A stretch of DNA of 64,000 nucleotides from NCBI RefSeq assembly GCF_006345805.1, contig NW_021835988.1, forward strand, positions 248,001 to 312,000, in the 5' to 3' direction. The notes beneath the pieces were generated by a model, which was given only the letters and a program-made list of their open reading frames with translations, had not been told where the DNA came from and searched no databases. The DNA comes from Octopus sinensis. Lineage: Eukaryota. This document shows, one piece after another, positions 1-9,240 of this stretch. Positions within the stretch are counted from its first letter, which is position 1; every line of letters starts with the position of its first letter. A program made the position numbers and the translations under genes.

Positions 1-237
1 ATTAGACAAAATCCTAACCTCCTTCTCCAATAACACGGATCGAGTCTAAGAATATAACAAAAAGTTGTACAATGTCAAAACAGGTCCTAAAAATTGCTTT
101 TTCGACCAAATTAGTCAGTTCCCTTACTGAAACGTCGAGGAAACGCTCATAGTTTGCTTCTGTAAGTTCTTTCTAAACAATTAATAAAAAACACAACCTT
201 GAAAAGAGAAAAAAACTCGTTGACTTGTTCACAAATA

Positions 238-457
238 TCTGCACAATTCGCATCAATTTCATAATCATCAATCACTTGTCTGACATGTGCGGTCTGACAT
301 TAAAAAGTTGCCATATTTTGCATCACCTGTTCGTTTTGGTCAAGAGGGAATAGAAAAAGTCTTTCCTCTGCCAGACCTGACCAAACAACAGCAGGCAATG
401 ATACACCTTGCATTCTTTGAGGCAGAAATAAAATCTGGACTTGATTACTTCAATTAA
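238..457 (+). pseudogene. Malate dehydrogenase (mitochondrial MDH2-like) C-terminal relic
   Basis: 287-457 translates VRSDIKKLPYFASPVRFGQEGIEKVFPLPDLTKQQQAMIHLAFFEAEIKSGLDYFN*, matching the MDH C-terminal pattern (V.S...LP.FASxVxLGxxG.E). Upstream SAQFA lies in another frame with an in-frame TAA. No other MDH exons recognised upstream in the window. Confidence 0.55.
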
Positions 458-663
458 CATTTATCTCATAATTCTGATTCTGCTAATAACAACAAACATC
501 GTTGATGATAAAATCATTTTGGGACAAATGAAAAAATTGAGAGGCAGTTACCGCGTAGAATAGAGACCGAGACGCGCTGGAAGAGCTATCTGCAAGAGCC
601 AAATATTTAACTTTAGATAATTAATGCCTCGTTAAATTCTTCTATTTAAAATATTTTCCCGCA

Positions 664-1882
664 ATGTTTCCGATGCTAATTCTTTTGCTATCCTTAATTT
701 CCCAGACTGAAAATGAGTGCCCATCTCCGTTATTTAATCCATCTCAAAAGTCTAGAAATTAATTTGAATAATAGAGTTTACAAAAATTGCCAACTTTTGA
801 ACATACCTCTCCTTGATAATGCTCCGACAGTTCAAATTTTGTTGATACTGTTTATATTAATTGTTAGAGATGTTTCTTACAACAACATTCGTCTTCTCAA
901 TGATAATTCTTTTACTGAAATGCCACAGCTTACTGATTTGTAGCAATTTTTTGGTAGACTCTAGAAATTTGGAACACAACTCGGTAAAATCAATCACACG
1001 TAGAACATTCGACAAAATCCAAAATTTAACATCACTGTATTCATTTTTTTCGAATCGAAGGAATTTGAATAATAATTTATTAACCAGTTTTGAAATGGGG
1101 ACATTTGACAGCCTAACAAGCCTCCAAATACTGTACAAAATTATTCATTTTAAAACTAAAAGTTCATTCAGCGCCAACCAAATCACTTCACTTGGAAAAT
1201 TGTTTGATCAAAATGACAAACTTGCTAATATGTTTGCTAAATTTGTACAATTAAGCAATTTTCTCGACAACCCTATAAAAGTGGTAGACATGAGGATCTT
1301 TACTGTTGGAAATCGAAATTTGGGGTCTTTATTTTGGGTTATAGTTTTAGATCTGTTTCATTTTCAAATCCAAACGTGACATGTGCTTTTAATCTTGCGC
1401 GATATTCTATGTACATTTCATAAATCTAATAGCAAGTTTTATAATACCTCAAGAAAACAACAACAAACCAATTATATATACATTTACAGAACAAGATGCT
1501 GCAATAAAAAAGTTATAGACATTTTGTGACAGATAGTTCACGTTATATAAATAGATTTTGTCCAATACAAAATGTTACAGAAGAATGTAGGTATGCGAGA
1601 AAGGGTATTTCTCAAATAAATTTATATTAAGAATGCCAAGGACCCGATTTAGCACCACACCAGACTTCAACAGCTTCAATAATGTCAGAAGTAACGGCAA
1701 CGACTTCAACAGTTAAACCAATCGATTTAACACCACAGAATACTTCAACAGCTTCAACAATGTCAAAAGGAACAGTAGCGACCTCACCAGTTGCAACCAA
1801 TCGTCCATTTGAAAACAAAAAAGAACAAAATTCACATATTTTGACGTATTCGCTTGGCATTTTAATACCACTTGTGATTTAA
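664..1882 (+). CDS. Secreted/GPI-type leucine-rich-repeat surface protein (signal peptide, about 5-6 LRRs, Cys-containing cap, Thr/Ser-rich stalk, hydrophobic C-terminus)
   Basis: Manual splicing with 10 GT-AG introns of about 22-30 nt (e.g. 841-867, 940-964, 1037-1060, 1133-1162, 1232-1255, 1325-1350) gives an open frame. It starts MFPMLILLLSLISQTENECP, contains LRRs such as DVSYNNIRLLNDNSFTEMPQLTDL and NLNNNLLTSFEMGTFDSLTSLQIL, and ends SHILTYSLGILIPLVI*. Confidence 0.8.
1646..1780 (+). repeat. 78-bp (26-codon) internal duplication in the Thr-rich stalk
   Basis: GATTTAGCACCACACCAGACTTCAACAGCTTCAATAATGTCAGAAG at 1646 recurs as GATTTAACACCACAGAATACTTCAACAGCTTCAACAATGTCAAAAG at 1724. Confidence 0.8.
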
Positions 1883-2039
1883 AAACTTTAAATTTAAAAA
1901 CATGCCTCTTTCCCCTACTCTTTCTCATTTGTTATCTTTGGATTTAAAACCAGTGATGTTATCTGTGTAGTATTCTTTCTGAGCTCGCAGGTTCTTGATA
2001 AAACCATGACAAGTATATATTTACTAAAAAATTAAATCT

Positions 2040-2290
2040 TGCTCTGTCCGCTGTCGATCCTGAACTCGCTTCGAGGCTGGCCGAGGATCGAAAAATTCTC
2101 AAGTACCGCCACCTCTACAATTCGCTTCTTTTTACTCTAGTCTTCAGTAATCTTCGGGGCCACGACGCTCCGTTTCCTTTGCTCGGTCGACGGATATCAA
2201 GGATAAGACACGATTCCAGAGAGTTATCTTAGCTTTGGAAACATCTGTCGATATCCGTGATCCGTGGGAATGGCTTTACTATGGCGATAA
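2040..2290 (+). mobile_element. Degenerate 3' fragment of CRE-like RLE non-LTR retrotransposon
   Basis: Translates ASRLAEDRKILKYRHL...RRISRIRHDSRELS*LWKHLSISVIRGN, homologous to the C-terminus of the better preserved copies at 19677 and 38016. Confidence 0.6.
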
Positions 2291-2524
2291 AAATTTGCTG
2301 ATTTTTTTCTTGTTTGTAAAAGATCAAATCAGTTAGCTACCAGCTATCCATAGCCTGTGTGGCAATTACAAAACAGTCAAAAAAAGGTTGATATTTCTAA
2401 CAAAAAGGACATCTTTCCTTATATGTCCATTTACCTAGACTTCGTTTTTTGACCGGTAGAAGTATACAACCGGCAGCATTTTGCAAACCAGTAGCAACAT
2501 ACCATCCGGCCATTAATTAAGGAC

Positions 2525-3600
2525 ATGGAGATAAGAACACTGGCATTTGCTATTCATCAAGAATGCCACTGGGGAATACTAAAGCTTCACAAGAAGTGCT
2601 GTTAATTTTATTTTACTGTGAAACTCCCTATTATCAAACAAATTATAAAAGACTGCAAAATTTGTAAAGTATTTTTGATTAAATATACTTAGGTATCCGA
2701 TTCTAATTAACATGTAACGGCACGAAGTCCAAATGAAATATTCCAAGCGGATCTTATTGATGTTAGAAGATATAAAGATTTTAACGATGGATATAATTGG
2801 ATATTAACAATTATTGACATCTACAGCAAATTCGTAGTCTGCAAATCCTTAAAAAATAAATCTGCTTTTGGTAAAACTTAACATTTACTTTTAGAAGTTG
2901 AAATAAATTAAAAAAAATTTTTCGTCAAATTGGATATTGTCAAATTTTACAAACGGACAACGGATTGGAATTCAAAAATCAACTGATGAATCAACTATGC
3001 GGAGAAAATAAAATCAAACATATTTATGAAAGACCAAACCATATCCAGTTACAAGTTTATAAATTGGAAATAAATTAGGGTGTAATTTAGCGCTTTAACG
3101 AAACATTGACACAGGGTATGGCACTAAAAATTGGAAACAATTTTTGGACAAAGTAACTTTTTCCTATAATACGACACACCACTCGGCGATCAATAAGAAA
3201 GGGTATTTCTGGAATTAACACTGTGATTCATGAAATACCAGGTTGTAATCTTTTTTTATAATTTAGATCAAAATAATGAGACATCGTTTGTCGAAGATAA
3301 ACTTAATGGTAAATTTACGATGCATTTATTTTTAGAAACGAATAATAAAATTTTTAATTTCACTCCTCCAGACATGAATTCATCTTATTTTAAAAGAATG
3401 AATAAAAAGAGGAGTACACAGGTCAAAATATGATTTCGAAATAGGGAATGAGGTATAATTAAATAATAACAGTTTAAGATCGAAGCTTAAAAAATTGTGG
3501 GACGAATCCGTCATTGAAGCTACACAGATTTGAATCTACATATGAAGAAAAGGGAAAAGTAAAAAATATAATGTCTAATAACAGATTAATAGTTAGTTGT
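2525..3600 (+). pseudogene. Intron-containing retroviral-like DDE integrase (Ginger/Polinton-type), degenerate
   Basis: HHCC zinc motif (IHQECHWG...CKIC) and core EIFQADLIDV...WILTIIDIYSKF...ILQTDNGLEFKN...QLQ|GVI*RFNETL...YNTTHHSAI. GT-AG introns at 2669-2692, 2871-2894, 3055-3078 and probably 3242-3266. Several stops and frameshifts. Confidence 0.75.
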
Positions 3601-3952
3601 CTTTCCTAACATTTAGATCAAATTACGAAATGATACCAAGATAGTTACTATGAATAGAGTTAAAAAATGTTAAGTTTTTAAAATTTTTAGCAATTATCTT
3701 GAGTCAGTAATTAGTGTCAAACTATGTAGGTCACCCTGTCAACCCTGTCAAGAATGAAGGTTGCTTATTTCCTAATAACACCAACAATGAAGCTTGTCAA
3801 TCAGCGTGGTATGGTCGCCAGCGTAGTTTGCGACATATTATTTTATTTACGATTATTTTCGAAAATAAATCCAAATTAATTAATCAATTTGACCAATAAT
3901 TAAAGCAAAGCTAATTTTTAGAAACTTTCTAAAGTGTCATGTTCATCTTAAT

Positions 3953-4777
3953 CAGCGGTTCTCAAATGCGGCCCCCGGGGCCGCATGTGGCCCCCAGGAT
4001 TTTTTTTGCGGCCCCTCTAGAGTAACTAACTTTTTTAATTTTTTAATAATGTTAAAATTTAATTATTTATTCTTAAGGTTAAACATATCCATAATTGGTG
4101 ATTTAATTAATCAATTTGAAGCACGTTTTGGGGTACATTTATATAAATTTAATTTTTAGAATTTTTAAGAATTCCTTCCTTTAATGAAAATATTCGCAAC
4201 TCCATTCAGCGTGGAAATTAAGGATGCGCCTGCAAAGTTTCAACTAGAACTCATTAATTTACAACATGATATAGAACTGGCGGCATTGTTTAAAAATGCG
4301 TCCATTATTAATTTTTACGAATTAATTCCTCAAGACAAATTCAAAAATATAACACACAATGCATATATTATATCAATGTTTGGATCGATATTTATGTTTG
4401 GATCTACATATTTATGCGAATCAATATTTAGTAAAATGATTCGAATAAAAAATAAATATCGTAACAAACTCACGGATAATCACTCTTCTTCGACTTTACT
4501 TATTCCGGATTTCAAAAACTTAATAAACAAATAATACTTTCTTTTTAGTTACAACGCCTTTTGTAAATTTTTTAACTTTTATTTATTTATAAAGGAAATG
4601 GAAATTAAAAAAAGGGTCCAAAAAACTCATTAGGCACCAGCAGTGGCTGCACTTTGGATTGCAAGCAAGTTACCGGCTTGGAAAATATAAAAATATATAA
4701 AAAATTTTTTGTGCGGCCCGCGAAGCTAATTTTAATTATCGATTTGGCCCTTGAGCTAGAAAGGTTGAGAACCCCTG
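3953..4777 (+). mobile_element. Internally deleted hAT (Charlie/SPIN-like) DNA transposon, 825 bp
   Basis: TIRs CAGCGGTTCTCAA / TTGAGAACCCCTG and a perfect 8-bp TSD ATCTTAAT (3945-3952 and 4778-4785). Internal ORF 4184-4534 resembles a hAT C-terminal dimerisation region (FGSTYLCESIFSKM...KNKYRNKLTD). Confidence 0.9.
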
Positions 4778-4870
4778 ATCTTAATAATAAAATGGTATGG
4801 TGTGTGTCTGTCTGTCTGTCTGTCTGTCTGTGTGTGCACACCAACTTCAAATTGGCAAAGTAAAGATAAA

Positions 4871-5431
4871 TTCCCCCCAAAAAAAATTTTCTGCATTTTG
4901 GTTAAAATGAACAACTACGATGTCCTCGACTTACATGATGAGGTCCTTAAAACCTTCCCCCCAAAAAAAAATTAAAAAAAAATTTTCTGCATTTTGGTTA
5001 AAATGAACAACTACGATGTCCTCGACTTACATGATGAGGTCCTTAAAACCTTCCCCCCAAAAAAAAATTAAAAAAAAATTTTCTGCATTTTGGTTAAAAT
5101 GAACAACTACGATGTCCTCGACTTACATGATGAGGTCCTTAAAACCTTCCCCCCAAAAAAAATTAAAAAAAAATTTTCTGCATTTTGGTTAAAATGAACA
5201 ACTACGATGTCCTCGACTTACATGATGAGGTCCTTAAAACCTTCCCCCCAAAAAAAATTAAAAAAAATTTTCTGCATTTTGGTTAAAATGAACAACTACG
5301 ATGTCCTCGACTTACATGATGAGGTCCTTAAAACCTTTTCTGCCAAAAAATCAAAAAATTATTTTCTGCATTTGATTAAAATGAACAACGTTAATGTCCC
5401 CGACATTCATGATGAGGTCCATTAAAACCTT
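4871..5431 (+). repeat. Tandem array of ~95-bp units inside Helitron copy 1 (about 5 near-identical units plus 1 diverged unit)
   Basis: TGTCCTCGAC recurs at 4921, 5017, 5113, 5208 and 5302, with a diverged unit at about 5395. Confidence 0.95.
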
Positions 5432-6391
5432 CGAGGCAAAAATCTCACGTATTAAGAATATCCTTGATGAAAACGACAGCGAGAATATTAACAATGATGA
5501 ACTCCCAATTATTCGCGATAAAGAAATTCAATTCATCCTATGATTTTCTCTTTAAAATTAAATGCATATATCATTATCGACCATGAATCAAAATTAAAGC
5601 TATTATCATATTTGACTTTGACAGAATGTGCAATTACAGATTGCACGACCTTGAATAGAGTGTGCAATTAACAGATTTTGAAAAACACTTTGATAGTTGA
5701 AACCACATTAGCACAATCATTAACACAATTTACCACCAATTGACAGCGCAATCAGAAGAATTTGCGTAAAAATATTAACTATTTAGTTAAGTTTTTCGTA
5801 AAGATAGAATTTATTTTCGGTATGCCTCTTTTCCTAAACTTTTTTATTATTCAAAAATAATTTTTTCAATAGATAACCGAAGGAGGGAAGACGACCTTAA
5901 GAAAAGAAGTTTTTCGTAAAGATAGAATTTATTTTCTGTATGCCTCTTTTTTCCTAATATTTTTTATTATTCAAAAATAATTTTTTAAATAGATAACCGA
6001 AGGAGGAAAAACGAAGCTGAAGAAAAAACGGTCAGCTTAAAGTAATTAATTAAATCTTTTTGTGTGTCGCTTTTTGGCTGCTGCTACTCTGCCTGCCGCA
6101 TTTCCGCTTGCCCCATCTCCGGCTGCCCCATTTCCGCCTGCCCCATTTCTGCCAGTGGTTTGTCTAATCAAGGTCACTAAGCTAAATCTCCGGACTATAA
6201 AGGCTTTTAAGCATTATCTTAATTGGCTGTTAAAAAAATTAGACAGGTTATTGCCGTGGCGGCAGAGATTTTTTTTGTTTATACTATTTTACAAATTTTT
6301 AAAGTTTTTTTTTTGTTTTTTTTATTTTGTTGTTTTTAAATTATTTATTTTTATTTGTTTTTTTATTTTTTTTGTTATTTTCTAAAAATTC

Positions 6392-6862
6392 AACCGGATT
6401 GAATTTTTAAACTCCTTAGATCCCTCTGGAATGCGGAATCATCTTTTAAAGTTAAAGATAGGCGTTCCAGTGGTTTTATTACGAAATCTTGCGCCACCTA
6501 AATTATGCAACGGAACGAGGTTAGTTATCAAAAATTTGATGGCTAACGTAATAGAGGCGACGATATTAACAGGTAAGTATAGAGGTGAGGATGTTTATAT
6601 TCCACGAATTCCGATAATTACTGATGAATTACCATTTAGATTTAAAAGGCTGCAATTTCCTTTGAGGATGAGTTTTGCAATGACAATAAACAAGGCCCAG
6701 GGACAGTCATTAAAGGTAGTTGGGTTATTTTTAGAGAGTGAGTGCTTTTCACATGGACAGCTGTATGTGGGATGCTCGAGGGTAGGCAGAAGAGAAAATT
6801 TATTCATATATGCCAAGGAAGGACGGACGACAAACATCGTTTATCAACAGGCGATAGAATAG
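6392..6862 (+). pseudogene. Helitron RepHel PIF1-family helicase C-terminal fragment
   Basis: [30 protein letters not shown]...LCNGTRL...[22 protein letters not shown]...[14 protein letters not shown] are PIF1 motifs IV-VI. The N-terminal helicase and Rep domains are absent. Confidence 0.9.
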
Positions 6863-7029
6863 GGTTACATTAAACCAGGTAGTCTTATACATCTACATAA
6901 ACTTATAGTTGTTTGATGAAACAGGCCCTCCGCAGGAGCTAGGTCGCGGTGAGCGAAGCGAGCTGCCGAGCTAGTTTATTCATAATGACAGAAATCAAAG
7001 CACTGATTTTTATTGCTGATCATCAATTC

Positions 7030-7431
7030 TCAATCAATCAATCAACAACTTTATTTAGGTAACATATGGATAGTATGTGGGGTAATAATTAATGAAACGG
7101 TAAGGCTTGCTTACCGACTTCTTCCGCGAAACAAAAAAGAAAGGAGGGACCCCAACCTCTCAGTATAGAATTACCTTTGCAGGTAAGTCCCAGTGACTGT
7201 TGACCAGAATTTGTAGTTTTTGATGCTTTTTTCAACGATTTCCCCCACCGTAGGCGTTTTAGCCTCGAGCCATGGGGGAATCGGGCATTCCAGGCTTTGG
7301 GAGTAGGCGATTTTTAACGCCAGTCTCCGAGTTTTCTCAAACTTCCCGATAATGGAACTCCTCTTTCTAGAGAAGTACCATGCCTCTTTTCCAAATATAA
7401 GTCCTGGTAAGATCACCGTGTTTTTTTTCAT
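7030..7431 (-). mobile_element. 3' fragment of a LINE with a (TTGA)n tail
   Basis: ORF 7171-7431 (TVILPGLIFGKEAWY...KFEKTRRLALKIAY) resembles the post-RT region of LINEs and is followed on the minus strand by a TTGA microsatellite tail. Confidence 0.5.
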
Positions 7432-8069
7432 CTTTTATTTTTACAAAATAACAATAACTCAGTTAAACACCACAAATTCTTTTAAAGTACTGTCTTTCTG
7501 TGTTAGATAATAAATTTGAAAGTGACTTTTTAAATTCTCGTATTTTTTTCTCCATTGCTCGTCTTATTTAATAAATAAATTCATTGGTCTCTTAGTTTGC
7601 TTTATTAAGATGTATTTCAGCTTTCCTGATGGTTTGGTTTGCGTGGAATGCCCACAAAAAAGGAACCACTAGAAATGTCTTAATTTGAATTAAACATTCT
7701 GATTTTTCACAGTTTGTGTTGAATAAAAGGATGCCTCAATGATTAGATTCACAATAATATGTTTGTAGCAGGGACAATTGCTCTTTTGTTTGAATTTGAT
7801 TTTAAAAAGTTTAAAACTTTAAAGTAGTGTCATCATTCTAATCAACAAAAAATATTTTAAATGAAAAAAGAATATTTTTATTTAAAATTTAAAAAAGGAC
7901 ATTTTTTTCCTTATATGTCCCGGGTACGAACCCATTTTTGAATTTTCATATTTTTTTTTAATCTGTCTCATAACACCAAGTAGTGGCACTATTCAACGTT
8001 TTTTTAGCCGGTAGCACAATACCACTGCTAGCACTGTGCCAACCGGCCATTATGGTTGCCTGAAAATGG

Positions 8070-8330
8070 TTGCTCTCAAAGTCCTCTTTCGTTCAAGACC
8101 GAATTTATACTCTTCCAGTTTTTCAAAAGTTTGGAAAAACAGTCGACTATCTGTCTGGGAGGGTGAATTTGACTCGAAATATGCAGTTGTCGGCGGGTTA
8201 TTTGCAAGATAAGAATATTTTTGCATACACGGGATCACTATGCGTCCATTGCAAAAAAGCAGACAGTGATTATGTCCGAAGACATAATAAAGTGGTAAAG
8301 TGTATCAAGAGTTGCTCCCAAAAGACCTTG
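8070..8330 (+). mobile_element. Degenerate fragment of the R2/NeSL-like RLE retrotransposon family
   Basis: LQDKNIF...LCVHCKK-ADSDYVRRHNKVVKCI aligns to LQDRNLF...LCNHCKK...SDYLRRHNEVVKCI of the 15751-17148 copy, with an internal deletion. Confidence 0.7.
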
Positions 8331-9240
8331 GGGAGTGAACAGCAAGTTTTTTGCGGATGGGAAAAGACCAGAGCAGGGAAAAAATAATCAGTTGAGCACT
8401 TGTCAACATAGCAAAAGCTACAGAAAGAAGAGATCAAATGGTTCATTAAGTGAGGTAAAAGTTTAAAAAGTGGTAATAACACAAGCGAAAAAAGGCAAGG
8501 TTGATCTGAGAAGACCGCTCCAAAAGCAATTCGGGGGATCAACTTCTGGTGGAAGTTTTTTGACGACAGGGTTAAGCGTCAGTCTTAGAATGGACAAGGT
8601 AGAAATAAAATCGTGGATTTTTTTATAAACTGTGAACATTGGTTTTGGTGCATCTTAATTGAATTTTATAAGGTTTTTTTATTTTAATTTCCCCCAAAAC
8701 GTTTTAGCCATCAAAATTATGACTTTTAGCTTTGCTTGACAACTGATTTTCTGTTTTGAAAGATATCGAAAAGATCAGGAAAATCCTCAATCATGTCCGT
8801 GGAGTATTTAGTAAATGGATTCCGAAAGTGAACGAACACTAATCATAGTTCACAACTGTCAAAAAAGAAAGCCAATGGACAACTTAGAGAAGAACAAAGA
8901 ATCTCGAAGCATTACTATGGGACTGATAAAATACAGAGCAAAAAAGTGCTCTCAATTCTTGCACTCAAAAACTAAAATCAAAATGGGTAGGATACCCACA
9001 CATTTCTAAATCTATGAAAGTACGTCTATATTACGCGTTCTCTCACACTATACTGCAATAAATAAGGTCCAATTTAGATCGGAATGACTACTTCGAAATA
9101 TCTCCAAGGTAGATCTTGCCGATCCTGTGGACGTGTCTCTCTTATTTTTTATCGTAGAAAATAGATTATTTTATTAATAAAATTTAGTGATTTAATTGTT
9201 AAATTTGATTTTTAGAATTAAATACAAATTTAATTAGTAC

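Larger units (their letters stand above)
4779..6974 (+). mobile_element. Non-autonomous Helitron, copy 1
   Basis: 5' A|TC start, (TGTC)n microsatellite at about 4805-4840, tandem array, PIF1-helicase C-terminal fragment, GC-rich subterminal region and CTAG|T 3' end. Nearly identical inverted copy at 53715-56847. Confidence 0.85.

Noticed and set aside
6062-6385. 107-aa ORF with Pro/Ala repeats and a Phe-rich tail (also 54340-54588)
   Set aside because: It derives from a 15-bp GC-rich repeat and poly-T tracts inside the Helitron. The two copies differ by indels and length, so there is no support for coding function.
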